This document shows, piece by piece, positions 16,489 to 26,788 of a stretch of 51,998 nucleotides of DNA (its first letter is position 1; each line of letters starts with the position of its first letter). Source of the DNA: an uncultured Oscillospiraceae bacterium (GTDB lineage Bacteria; Bacillota; Clostridia; Christensenellales; CAG-138); assembly GCA_964541695.1 (NCBI GenBank), contig CAZIRB010000002.1, forward strand, positions 25,465 through 77,462. The letters are read 5' to 3'. Below the pieces are notes generated by a model. The model ran no database searches, was not told the DNA's origin, and was given only the letters and a program-made list of their open reading frames with translations. The translations under genes were made by a program, and so were the position numbers.

Positions 16489-16996
16489 AGACGGCGACCT
16501 CCGCGAGCGCGTCCGCGTCGAACACGATGCGCTTTCCCGCTAGGTCCACCGTGGCGAGTACGCGCTTGAGCGCGGGAACGAGCAGCCTGCCGCCGTCGAT
16601 CTCGTAGACGTCGTTGGCCGGCAGCGAGAGCACGTCCGTTACGCGCCCGAGCCTCCGCCCCGCCGTGTCCAGCGCCTCGCAGCCGACGAGGTCCGCGACA
16701 AAATACGAGTCGGGCGCGAGCGTGACCGCATGCGCGCGATCGACACAGAGGTACGCGCCGCGCAGCTTCTCGGCCTCGTCGCGCGTATCGATCCCCGCAA
16801 GCTGGAGAGACACGCCGTCGTTCAGCAGCTGGGCCTGTAAGACCGCCACCGGTCGGTAGCTGCCGCCCTGCTCGACGAACACCTCGGCCAGATCCAAAAA
16901 CCGACGCGGGTCGTCCGTCGTCGGGACGACCTTAATCGCGCCGCGCACGCCGTGCGCGCGCACGACGGCGCCGATGCGGAGATAGTCGCTATTCAA
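16478..16996 (-). CDS. rimM: 16S rRNA processing protein RimM
   Basis: ORF 16478..17086 trimmed to an in-frame TTG at 16996 preceded by GGTGGAG. The N-terminus is then (M)[22 protein letters not shown], typical of RimM. The start choice is inference. Confidence 0.85.
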   Translation of the reverse strand: MNSDYLRIGAVVRAHGVRGAIKVVPTTDDPRRFLDLAEVFVEQGGSYRPVAVLQAQLLNDGVSLQLAGIDTRDEAEKLRGAYLCVDRAHAVTLAPDSYFVADLVGCEALDTAGRRLGRVTDVLSLPANDVYEIDGGRLLVPALKRVLATVDLAGKRIVFDADALAEVAVYAD

Positions 16997-17219
16997 CGAT
17001 CTCCACCATGTATTTTTTGTCCTCGCGCACGGAGGTGGCCTTGACCACGGTGCGGATAGCCTTGGCGATGCGGCCCTGCCGGCCAATCACCTTGCCCATG
17101 TCACCCTCCGCCACGCGCAGCTCGATGACCGTGCAGTCGCCGTCCTCTTTGGTGGACACCTGCACCGCCTCCGGATGGTCGACGAGGCTCTCGGCGATAA
17201 ATTTGACGAGCTCTTCCAT
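16989..17219 (-). CDS. KH domain RNA-binding protein (YlqC family)
   Basis: ORF trimmed to ATG 17219 (MEELVKFIAESLVDHPEAV), 76 aa, with KH GxxG motif GKVIGRQGRIAKAI. Conserved position between rpsP and rimM. Confidence 0.85.
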   Translation of the reverse strand: MEELVKFIAESLVDHPEAVQVSTKEDGDCTVIELRVAEGDMGKVIGRQGRIAKAIRTVVKATSVREDKKYMVEIVE

Positions 17220-17224
17220 ATTCT

Positions 17225-17467
17225 TCAGCTGATCGCGCCGCTCTTTTTGAGCAGGGCGCGGACCGTGTCCGAAGGCTGGGCGCCGTTCTTGACCCACTCC
17301 GCCGCGCGCTCGTTGTTGACCTTGAGCTCGATCGGCTCGGTCAGCGGGTTATAGTAGCCGAGCTCCTCGACGAAGTCGCCGTCGCGCGGCGCGCGCGAGT
17401 CCGCCACGACGATGCGGTAATACGGGGCCTTCTTCGCGCCCATCCTGCGCAGTCTGATCTTGAGCAT
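17225..17467 (-). CDS. rpsP: 30S ribosomal protein S16
   Basis: ORF trimmed to ATG 17467 ([25 protein letters not shown]), 80 aa. Confidence 0.95.
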   Translation of the reverse strand: MLKIRLRRMGAKKAPYYRIVVADSRAPRDGDFVEELGYYNPLTEPIELKVNNERAAEWVKNGAQPSDTVRALLKKSGAIS

Positions 17468-17531
17468 ACGTTTTTGTTCCTCCAACTTTCCTGTTTCTTC
17501 TGTATTTCGAAAACGGTATTTCCGTTGTTCG

Positions 17532-18852
<1,321 letters not shown>

Positions 18853-18863
<11 letters not shown>

Positions 18864-19209
18864 CTTCGTCCTCCCAGCACGCCGCCACCGCGGCAATTTT
18901 GCCGAGCAGCTCCGCCTGTTCCGTTTCGGTAAGCCGCAGCCGTTCCGCGGCGGCGGTCAGTTCCCGCAGCGCCAGCCGCATCGCGTCGTATTTTTGCATG
19001 AGGCCGAGCGAAGCCTCGAACGCGTGCAATTGCTGCTCGCTGCGCGCGATCGCGTCGCGCACCGCCTGGCGCGAAACGCCCTCGCGCTCCGCAATCTCCG
19101 AAAGCGAGCAGTCCTCGAACGCGTACTGCCGCAGCAGCTCGCTCTGCCGCGCGGTCAACAGCTTCCCGTATGCGTCGAGCAGCCTGCCGAGTTCCACCAA
19201 ACGGTCCAT
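18853..19209 (-). CDS. ylxM: YlxM family (UPF0122) putative DNA-binding protein
   Basis: 118 aa, HTH-like LTARQSELLRQYAFEDCSLSEIAEREGVSRQAV. Conserved position upstream of ffh. Confidence 0.85.
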
Positions 19210-19229
19210 GCGCCGCGTTCCCCGCCATC

Positions 19230-19273
19230 AAAAAAAATCCCGCCTGTAAAGTAGTTTTCCTTTACAGACAGGA
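19230..19273 (-). terminator. Intrinsic terminator after ftsY, located inside the ylxM-ffh leader/promoter region
   Basis: The minus strand reads TCCTGTCTGTAAAG-gaaaacta-CTTTACAGGCGGGA, a 14 bp stem with two G.U pairs, followed directly by U8 (19237..19230). Confidence 0.6.
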
Positions 19274-19275
19274 GT

Positions 19276-19303
19276 ATTATACCCGATACGCGCCTAATGT
19301 CAA
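19276..19303 (-). promoter_or_regulatory. Putative consensus sigma-A promoter for ylxM-ffh
   Basis: The minus strand reads TTGACA, 16 nt, TATAAT. The -35 starts 5 nt after the ftsY stop, and the predicted start site falls inside the 5' arm of the terminator hairpin. Confidence 0.55.
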
Positions 19304-19308
19304 GCGTT

Positions 19309-20229
19309 TTATTCGGCCAAGCCCATCAATATCGCCTCGGCAAAGCGGTCCGCGTCGAACGGTTGCAGGTCGTCGATCCCCTCGCCCACGCCGATGAAGC
19401 GCACGGGCAAATGGAGTTTGTCGCAGACCGCCACGACGACGCCGCCCTTGGCGCTGCCGTCGATCTTGGTCAGGATCACGCCGGTGAGCTCGCATGCTTC
19501 CAAGAACGCCTGCGCCTGCGCGACAGCGTTCTGCCCGGTCGTAGCGTCGAGCACGAGCAGCGTCTCGCAAGGCACGTCCGGCAGTTCGCGCGCGATCACG
19601 CGGCGGATTTTGGCCAGCTCCTGCATCAGGTTCTGCTTGGTATGCAGCCGCCCCGCCGTGTCGACGATTAAAAGGTCGCATTTTTTGGCCTTGTACGACG
19701 CGGCCGCGTCGAACACAACGGCCGCCGGGTCCGCGCCCTCGCCGTGCCGCACGAGCGGTACGTTCGCGCGCTGTGCCCAGGCCGAGAGCTGCTCCGCCGC
19801 CGCCGCGCGGAACGTGTCCGCCGCGGCCAGCATGGGTTTGCGCCCTCTCTCGCGGTACTGGTGCGCGATCTTACCGATCGAAGTGGTCTTGCCTACGCCG
19901 TTGACGCCGACGATGAGCAGCACCGCGGGACCAGAGTCCGCGGCGAGCGCGCCGGACGGCCGCACGGCGTCCGCAATCAGCGTAACAAGCGCGGCCTTTG
20001 CCTCCGTGCGCATCACGGTGCGGTCCTGACGGAGCCGCGTCCGCAGCGCGGCGATCAGCTTCTCCGTTGTTTCAACGCCCATGTCGGAAAGGATCATCGC
20101 CTCCTCGAGCTCGTCGAAAAATTCGTCATCGACGCGCTCGTCGGCATGGAACACGCGCGAGATCAGATTCTCGCGCGTTTTGCCGAGGCCGCGCGCGAGC
20201 TTCTCAAAAAAACCGATGTTCTTCTCCAT
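19309..20229 (-). CDS. ftsY: Signal recognition particle receptor FtsY
   Basis: 306 aa with GVNGVGKTTSIGKIA and DTAGRLH. One-nt overlap with the smc stop. Confidence 0.95.
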   Translation of the reverse strand: MEKNIGFFEKLARGLGKTRENLISRVFHADERVDDEFFDELEEAMILSDMGVETTEKLIAALRTRLRQDRTVMRTEAKAALVTLIADAVRPSGALAADSGPAVLLIVGVNGVGKTTSIGKIAHQYRERGRKPMLAAADTFRAAAAEQLSAWAQRANVPLVRHGEGADPAAVVFDAAASYKAKKCDLLIVDTAGRLHTKQNLMQELAKIRRVIARELPDVPCETLLVLDATTGQNAVAQAQAFLEACELTGVILTKIDGSAKGGVVVAVCDKLHLPVRFIGVGEGIDDLQPFDADRFAEAILMGLAE

Positions 20230-23200
20230 CAGGATACCTCCTCAAAGCGGGCGGACACGATCTTGCTGACGCCCTTCTCCTCCATGGAGACGCCGTACAG
20301 CGTGTCGCAGACCTCCATGCTGCCCTTGCGGTGCGTGATGAGGATGAACTGCGTGCCGCCCGAATAGGACTTGATAAAGTCCGCAAACCGCGATACGTTC
20401 GCTTCGTCGAGCGAGGACTCGATCTCGTCGAGCAGACAGAACGCCGGGGGCTTGAGCCGCAGCATCGCAAACAGCAGCGCGATGGCGGTCAGCGCGCGCT
20501 CGCCGCCCGAGAGGAGTGACAGCAGCTGCAGCTTCTTGCCCGGCGGCTGCGCGATGATGTCGATCTCGCAGTTCAACGCGTCGCGCTCGTCGGCCAGCCG
20601 CAGCTCCGCGTACCCGCCGCCGAACAGCTCGCAGAACACCCCGGTGAAGTTTTGCTGGATCAGAGCGAACTGTTTCTTAAACTCCGCCTCCATGGTTTTG
20701 GTCAGCTCGACGATCAGCGACTCCAGGTCCGCCTTGGCCATGGTCAGGTCGTCGCGCTGCGCGGACAGCGACGCGTGCCGCTCGCTCACCGCCTTGTAAT
20801 CCTCGATCGCGGCGACGTTGATCTCGCCGAGCGCGCGGATCTCGCCCTTGAGCTCCGCGATGCGCGCGTTTGTGTTGCCGATTGCGATCTCGCGGCGAAG
20901 CGGCAGCGCGTTTTCGTACGTCAGCGAGTATTCTTCCCAGATATGGTTCTGCATTGCCGAAAGCTCCATCTCGAGCCGGCTTTTGTTCATCTCCTGCTTA
21001 TGCAGCCGCTCGGTGAGCTCGCGCGACTCGCTAAGCAGCCCCTCGCGCTGCGCGCGCAGCGCGGAGAGCGCGTCGGCAAGCTGCGCCCGCTCGTCCTCAA
21101 GCGCCTGCTGCGCCTTCTTCCGTTCCGCCGCAACGCCCTGCTCCGTCGCAACCGAGGCCTGCATCTGCTCAAGCCGCGCACCCGCCGCGTCGATCTGCTC
21201 TTTTAGTGTGAGCAGCTCGGCGTCGAGCGCCAAAACGCGCTTTCTGCCCTCGTCCAGCTCGCGCTGCAGCCGTTTTTTCTCGCTTGCCGCGGCGTCGCGC
21301 TCCTTGGCCAGCGCCATGCGGCGCACGCGCAGCTCCGTGATGGCCGCGTTCTGTTCCTCGCGTTCGGCTCGGAGCGCGGCAAGCGCCTGCTGCGCCTTTG
21401 CCACGTCCTCGCGCGTGCACGCGTTGCCCTGCTCGATATCCGTCTGCAGCGTGGCCGCGCGCTCGCGCTCCGCGGCAAGCTCCGCGAGGTTCTCGAGGAT
21501 ACCGTCGCGCTCCTCGGCCAGCTTCTCGAGCGCGGCGCGGTTCTCCGAGATGTCGCGCAGAATGATTTCGGTCCGCTCATTCTGCTTGGCCAGGTCGATC
21601 TCGCGCCCATGCAGCTCGCCGCGGACACCGTCGATCTCGGCGCCGAGCAGCAACAGCTCGTTCTTACCCCGCTCGACGTCGGCAAGCAGCGCGGTCTTCT
21701 TCTGTTCCGTCGCGCGAATGGCCTCCATCAGTTCCGCCATCTCGCGCTCACGCCCGAGCAGCGAGAACGACCGCTTCTTCTGGCTGCCGCCGCTCATCGA
21801 GCCGCCCGTGCTGATGATGTCGCCGTCGAGCGTCGCGATATGGAATGCGCCGCCAGAGCGCTTCTTGAGCCGCACGCCGCTGTCGAGGTCCTTTACAATC
21901 GCCGTGCGGCCGAGCAGAAAGCCGACCGCGGGCGCAATCTTTTTATCGAATGTGATCAGCTCGCTGGCTAGGCCGATGCAGCCTTCCGCATTCAGCAGCG
22001 CGCGCTCCTGCGGCGTGGGCGTCTGAACGCGCAGAAGCGAGAGCGGCAAAAGCGTCGCGCGGCCGTAATCCTTCTTGCGCAGGTACTCGATGACGTACTG
22101 CGCGTCCTCGGGCGTCTCGGTGACGATGTTCTGCAACGACGAGCCGAGCGACATGGAAATCGCCGTCTCGTACTCCTTCGGCACGCGGACAAGCTCCGCG
22201 ACCACGCCGACCATCGCGCGCGAAAGCGCCGCGTCGTTTGCCGCGTCGCGCATCAAAAACTTGACGCTGTCGTAATAGCCCTCGCGCTGCCGCGCCATGT
22301 CCGAGAGCACGGAGAAGCGCGACTGCTGGCTGCTCGCCGCCTGCTCGAGCTCGCGCACGCGCTGCTGCAGATTGCGGTAGGCCTGCTCTTTATCCGCCTG
22401 GCGCGACTGCGCGTCCGACAGGCGCTTCGCCGCGTCGTCGCGCTGCGCTTCCGCGCCCGATTGCGCCTCCTTGGCCGCGCGCAGCTCCTCGTCGAGCCGC
22501 CCGCCCTTTGCCTGGCAATCCTCCGTCTCCCGGGAAATATCGCCGATGCGCGCATTGAGCGCCGTGGCCATCGCGCCGGAATGCGTCACGCGGTTTCGCG
22601 CGTCCGACAGCCGGTTCATCGCCTCGATGATCGACGCCTTCATCGCCTCGAGCGCCGCTTCGCTTGTTTCGATCGTTTCGTCCGCCGCGGCAAGCGCGGC
22701 GGTCTTTTCCGCAATCTCCGCGTCCAGCCGGGAAAGTGCGACCGCGTCCGCCTCGTCGCCCTGCATCCGCTCCACCGCGGAGGACAGCTCCGCCGCCGTC
22801 CCAAGCAGCTTTTCGCGCTCCGCGCTGAGCCGCGCGCGCTCGGCGGCCGCGTTGTCGCGCCGCTCGATCAATACGTTGCACTCGCCCGTATGCGTCTCGA
22901 CACCCGCGAGCATCGCCATCAGCGCGTTCTGCATCTCGAACAACTCCGCGTCGAGCGTGCGCGCGCGCGATTCGGCCTCCGCACACTGCGAAAGCAGCGC
23001 CTGCTCGCGCTCGCCGCAGCGCGCGGCGTCGGCGGCCATTTCGCGCATCGCGCCCGCAATCGCGGCAAGGCGCTCGTTCATGCGCTCGTACTGCGCCAAA
23101 AATAAATTGATCTCGAGGTCCCGCAGCTCGTCGCGCAGCTTGAGAAATTCGCGCGCGGCGCGGCTCTGTTCCTCGAGCGGGCCGAGCCTGGCAAACAGCT

Positions 23201-23789
23201 CCGCCAGGATGTCCTCGATGCGCTCGAGGTTCTTGCCGGTGCTCTCGAGCTTGCGCTCCGCCTCCTCCTTGCGCACGCGGTAGCGCATCACGCCGGCCGC
23301 CTCCTCGAGCGCGGTGCGGCGGTCGTTCGAGCGGTTGGCGAGTATCTCGTCCACCTTGCCCTGGCCGATGATCGAATAGCCGTCCTTGCCGATGCCGGTG
23401 TCGTGAAACAGGTCGGCGATGTCGCGCAGGCGGCACGGGTTCTTGTTGATGCAGTACTCGCTCTCGCCGGAGCGGTACACGCGCCTCGTCACGGCAACCT
23501 CGGCAAACTCGATCGGCAGCTTGTGATCGGCGTTATCGAACGTCAGCGTAACCTCGCAGTAGGAGAGCGCCTTCTTCTGCTGCGTGCCGCCGAAGATAAC
23601 GTCCTCCATCTTTGCGCCGCGGAGCGCCTTTGCGCTCTGCTCGCCGAGCACCCAGCGCACCGCGTCCGCGATATTGCTTTTTCCGCTCCCGTTCGGGCCG
23701 ATCACCGCGGTGATACCGTCGCCGAACACCAGTTCCGTCCGGTGCGCGAACGACTTAAACCCGATCAGGTCCAGTTTAACCAGCCGCAA
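20229..23789 (-). CDS. smc: Chromosome segregation protein SMC
   Basis: 1186 aa. Contains Walker A GPNGSGKSNIADA, long coiled coils, a hinge, the LSGGE signature and LLDEIE. TTG start at 23789 with a GGGAGG RBS. Confidence 0.95.
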   Translation of the reverse strand: MRLVKLDLIGFKSFAHRTELVFGDGITAVIGPNGSGKSNIADAVRWVLGEQSAKALRGAKMEDVIFGGTQQKKALSYCEVTLTFDNADHKLPIEFAEVAVTRRVYRSGESEYCINKNPCRLRDIADLFHDTGIGKDGYSIIGQGKVDEILANRSNDRRTALEEAAGVMRYRVRKEEAERKLESTGKNLERIEDILAELFARLGPLEEQSRAAREFLKLRDELRDLEINLFLAQYERMNERLAAIAGAMREMAADAARCGEREQALLSQCAEAESRARTLDAELFEMQNALMAMLAGVETHTGECNVLIERRDNAAAERARLSAEREKLLGTAAELSSAVERMQGDEADAVALSRLDAEIAEKTAALAAADETIETSEAALEAMKASIIEAMNRLSDARNRVTHSGAMATALNARIGDISRETEDCQAKGGRLDEELRAAKEAQSGAEAQRDDAAKRLSDAQSRQADKEQAYRNLQQRVRELEQAASSQQSRFSVLSDMARQREGYYDSVKFLMRDAANDAALSRAMVGVVAELVRVPKEYETAISMSLGSSLQNIVTETPEDAQYVIEYLRKKDYGRATLLPLSLLRVQTPTPQERALLNAEGCIGLASELITFDKKIAPAVGFLLGRTAIVKDLDSGVRLKKRSGGAFHIATLDGDIISTGGSMSGGSQKKRSFSLLGREREMAELMEAIRATEQKKTALLADVERGKNELLLLGAEIDGVRGELHGREIDLAKQNERTEIILRDISENRAALEKLAEERDGILENLAELAAERERAATLQTDIEQGNACTREDVAKAQQALAALRAEREEQNAAITELRVRRMALAKERDAAASEKKRLQRELDEGRKRVLALDAELLTLKEQIDAAGARLEQMQASVATEQGVAAERKKAQQALEDERAQLADALSALRAQREGLLSESRELTERLHKQEMNKSRLEMELSAMQNHIWEEYSLTYENALPLRREIAIGNTNARIAELKGEIRALGEINVAAIEDYKAVSERHASLSAQRDDLTMAKADLESLIVELTKTMEAEFKKQFALIQQNFTGVFCELFGGGYAELRLADERDALNCEIDIIAQPPGKKLQLLSLLSGGERALTAIALLFAMLRLKPPAFCLLDEIESSLDEANVSRFADFIKSYSGGTQFILITHRKGSMEVCDTLYGVSMEEKGVSKIVSARFEEVS

Positions 23790-23804
23790 GCATGCCTCCC
23801 GATC

Positions 23805-24530
23805 CTATTTTTCTTCCTGCGCGCAAAGCTTCTCGATGGCGGCCCGCGCCGCCTCCTGCCCCGCCGCCTGCTTGGACGCGCCCGCGCCTTCGCCGAGCAC
23901 CTCGCCGCCAAGCAGCACGCGCATCGTAAATTCTTTTTTATGCTCCGGGCCGGTCTCCGAAATCAGAACATATTCCGGGCCGGCGTTGTGCTCCTTCTGC
24001 ACGTGCTCCTGCAGGCGCGTCTTATAGTCCTTGTCCGTCGTCTGCACGCACGCTTCCTCGAGCAGCCGGATCACGCGCGAGAGGATGAATTCGCGCGCCG
24101 CGTCCATGCCGCCGTCGACATAGATCGCGCCGATCAGCGCCTCGAGCGCATCGGACACGATCGACGGCTTCTCGCGCCCGCCGGTGACCTCCTCGCCGTG
24201 GCCTAGCCTAAGCGCCTCCGGCACGCCGAGCGCGCAGGCCGCGCGATACAGCGACTGCTCGCAGACGAGGCGCGCGCGCGCTTTCGTCATGTCGCCCTCC
24301 TGCATGCGCGGATTCGAGCGGTACAGCCGATCGCTCACGACGAGCTCGAGCACGGCGTCGCCCAAAAACTCCAGCCGCTCGTTGTGCAAGCTTCCCGCAC
24401 GCCGCCCGTCGCCCTTGACGAACGACGTATGCGTCAGCGCGGTAAACAGGAGCTCCTCGTCACAAAACGAGTACCCCAGCGCGCAAATGAGCCGCTCGAT
24501 TCCGGTTTCCGTCCGCTGCGTCACGTCCAT
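23805..24530 (-). CDS. rnc: Ribonuclease III
   Basis: 241 aa with the signature NERLEFLGDAVLE and a C-terminal dsRBD. Confidence 0.95.
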   Translation of the reverse strand: MDVTQRTETGIERLICALGYSFCDEELLFTALTHTSFVKGDGRRAGSLHNERLEFLGDAVLELVVSDRLYRSNPRMQEGDMTKARARLVCEQSLYRAACALGVPEALRLGHGEEVTGGREKPSIVSDALEALIGAIYVDGGMDAAREFILSRVIRLLEEACVQTTDKDYKTRLQEHVQKEHNAGPEYVLISETGPEHKKEFTMRVLLGGEVLGEGAGASKQAAGQEAARAAIEKLCAQEEK

Positions 24531-24549
24531 TTCCCGATCCGCCGATTAG

Positions 24550-24577
24550 AAAAAAGCCCGCACCGTTGGATGCGGGC
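24550..24577 (-). terminator. Intrinsic terminator between acpP and rnc
   Basis: The minus strand reads GCCCGCA-tccaacgg-TGCGGGC followed by TTTTTT. It ends 20 nt before the rnc ATG. Confidence 0.6.
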
Positions 24578-24592
24578 ATCGGCCTGACTGAT

Positions 24593-24817
24593 TCAGTCCT
24601 TTTCCAGATACCCCACGATATCTGCGATCGTGTGGATCTTCGGCAGCTCCTCGTCCGGGATCTCCACGTCGAACTCCTGCTCGAGATCCATGATGAGCTC
24701 CACAATATCCAGAGAATCGGCCTTGAGGTCGTCGATGAGTCTGCTCTCCATCTGAACGGTCGCGGGGTCGATATCCAACTGCTTGGAGATGACCTCCCGA
24801 ATCTTCTCAAAATACAT
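24593..24817 (-). CDS. acpP: Acyl carrier protein
   Basis: 74 aa with the phosphopantetheine site [11 protein letters not shown]. Confidence 0.95.
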   Translation of the reverse strand: MYFEKIREVISKQLDIDPATVQMESRLIDDLKADSLDIVELIMDLEQEFDVEIPDEELPKIHTIADIVGYLEKD

Positions 24818-24891
24818 AATGATATCTACTCCTCGGTTTTGTTTATACGGATCCCATTCCGCATGTATTCTATATGAACCGGCCTATGTTG

Positions 24892-25899
24892 TCAATCCTC
24901 CTGGGTGAAAGAGGCAACCGCCTCGCCCACGAGCGCGACGACGTTTCCGGCGACCAGCTTGTGCGCCTGGAGGATGGCGGAGCAGAACGCTTTTGCGTCC
25001 GAGCTGCCGTGCGCCTTGATCACGCCGCCGGATACGCCGATGAGCGGCGCGCCGCCGTACTCCGAATAATCGAGGCTCTTTTTCAGCTTAACAAACGCGG
25101 GTTTGGCCAGGAGCGCGCCCGCCTTGGTCAGCGCGCCGGCGGTCAGCTCCATCTTCAATTTTTTCATGAGCATCGAGGCCGTGCCCTCGATTGTCTTGAG
25201 CACGACGTTGCCGTCGAAGCCGTCGCAAACCACGACGTCGAACTCGCCCGAGAGCACGTCGCGCGCCTCGCAGTTGCCGATAAAGCGCACGGGCGCGCTT
25301 TTAAGCAGCTGGTGCGCGGCCTTGGTCAGCTCGTTGCCCTTCTCCTCCTCGGTGCCGTTGTTGAGCAGGCCGACGCGCGGTTCTTTGATGCCGAACACGC
25401 GCTCCATATAGGTCGAGCCCATCAGGGCAAACTGCGCGAGGTACTCCGGCTTGCAGTCGGTGTTCGCGCCGCTGTCGAGCAAAAGCACGCAGCCCGTGAG
25501 CGTGGGCAGCGCGACCGCGAGCGCGGGCCGCTTGACGCCCTTTTGCCGCCGGACGATCAGCGTCGCGCCGGTCAATAGCGCGCCGGTGCTGCCGGCGGAG
25601 ACGATGCAGTCCGCGCGGCCCGCCGCAACGTCCTCGAGCGCGCGCACCATCGAGGAATCCTTCTTTTTGCGGACGGCGAGCGTGGGCTGCTCGTCGCAGC
25701 CGATCGTCTCGGTCGTGTACACGACCGAAACGCGCGACACGTCGAAGCGGCCCGCGGCCACGGCGGCGTCGAGCGCGGCCTTATCGCCGTAGAGCGTCAG
25801 CTCCGCGTCCTCCGGCAGGAGCTTCTGCGCGGCCTCGCAGCCGGCAAGCGCGGCGAGCGGCGCGTTGTCGCCGCCCATGACGTCGATGGCAAGGTTCAT
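24892..25899 (-). CDS. plsX: Phosphate acyltransferase PlsX
   Basis: 335 aa, MNLAIDVMGGDNAP..., in the conserved rpmF-plsX-acpP order. Confidence 0.95.
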   Translation of the reverse strand: MNLAIDVMGGDNAPLAALAGCEAAQKLLPEDAELTLYGDKAALDAAVAAGRFDVSRVSVVYTTETIGCDEQPTLAVRKKKDSSMVRALEDVAAGRADCIVSAGSTGALLTGATLIVRRQKGVKRPALAVALPTLTGCVLLLDSGANTDCKPEYLAQFALMGSTYMERVFGIKEPRVGLLNNGTEEEKGNELTKAAHQLLKSAPVRFIGNCEARDVLSGEFDVVVCDGFDGNVVLKTIEGTASMLMKKLKMELTAGALTKAGALLAKPAFVKLKKSLDYSEYGGAPLIGVSGGVIKAHGSSDAKAFCSAILQAHKLVAGNVVALVGEAVASFTQED

Positions 25900-25927
25900 A
25901 CAGACACCCCCCTAGTTTGTGCAACGT

Positions 25928-25956
25928 ATTATATCAGAAACCGGGCCGAAACGCAA
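25928..25956 (-). promoter_or_regulatory. Putative sigma-A promoter for plsX-acpP
   Basis: The minus strand reads TTGCGT, 17 nt, TATAAT. The -35 overlaps the U-tail of the rpmF terminator. Confidence 0.45.
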
Positions 25957-25990
25957 AAAAAGGCTTTCATGCAGCCGCACAAAAGCCTTT
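25951..25990 (-). terminator. Intrinsic terminator downstream of rpmF
   Basis: The minus strand reads AAAGGCTTT-tgtgcggctgcatg-AAAGCCTTT followed by TTTTGCG. Confidence 0.55.
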
Positions 25991-26018
25991 CGCGCTCCAC
26001 ACGAAAGAAGGTGAACCG

Positions 26019-26219
26019 TTACGCGTTCTTCTTTTCCTTTTTTTCCATGTCGAGAACCTTCGCGCCGTCGTAGGTCCCGCACTTTTTGCAAACCGTGTGC
26101 GGCGTGACCAGCGAGTGGCACTGCGGGCATTCCACGAGGGTCGGCGCGTCCAGACGGAACGTATTCGCCCGCCTCGAGTCCCGCCTCGCTTTCGAAGTTT
26201 TTCTCTTCGGTACTGCCAT
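26019..26219 (-). CDS. rpmF: 50S ribosomal protein L32
   Basis: 66 aa, MAVPKRKTSKARRDSRR, with CPQC..CKKC zinc ribbon cysteines. Confidence 0.95.
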   Translation of the reverse strand: MAVPKRKTSKARRDSRRANTFRLDAPTLVECPQCHSLVTPHTVCKKCGTYDGAKVLDMEKKEKKNA

Positions 26220-26221
26220 GG

Positions 26222-26734
26222 TTACACCTCCTTATGTTCGTTACTCAATTTCTTTAGGTCCGCGAACGGCGTTTTTACGTCCGCGGCCCGGCAGTCGCAT
26301 TGTATCGTATTGCGGTTGACCCCGCAGATCGGGCAGAGCCCGCGGCAATCCTCCCGGCACACCGACGCGATCGGAAGGTTTAAGTACAGATTGTCCATCA
26401 CCGCGTCGTCGAGCGTAATCCGTTCGCCCTCGTAGGCGTAGGTCTCGCGCTCGTCCGGCCGCTCCGGCGCCTTCTCGAACCGTTCGGAAAACGCGCACGC
26501 GATCGCTTCCGTAAAATCCTCGCCGCAGCGCGCGCACACGGAGTTGAGACTGGCCTCGATCGTACCCGTCACCGTGAACAGCTTGCCGTCGAACACGTAC
26601 GCGCCGCCGACCTGTACCGGCCCCATAAATTCCAGCTCGCGGCCTAAATAGGTCTGCCGCTCCACGGCAAGCTCGCCGGAAAAAGCGTACGTCGCACCGA
26701 TGTTCTTGAGCGCGGCCGCGATATTGATCTCCAT
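26222..26734 (-). CDS. yceD: YceD family (DUF177) protein
   Basis: 170 aa with the C-terminal Cys cluster CREDCRGLCPICG. Conserved position upstream of rpmF. Confidence 0.85.
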   Translation of the reverse strand: MEINIAAALKNIGATYAFSGELAVERQTYLGRELEFMGPVQVGGAYVFDGKLFTVTGTIEASLNSVCARCGEDFTEAIACAFSERFEKAPERPDERETYAYEGERITLDDAVMDNLYLNLPIASVCREDCRGLCPICGVNRNTIQCDCRAADVKTPFADLKKLSNEHKEV

Positions 26735-26788
26735 ACCCTGCGTTCACATCCCTTGCCGGCAGGCTTAAAAGCACGACCAACCAATATA

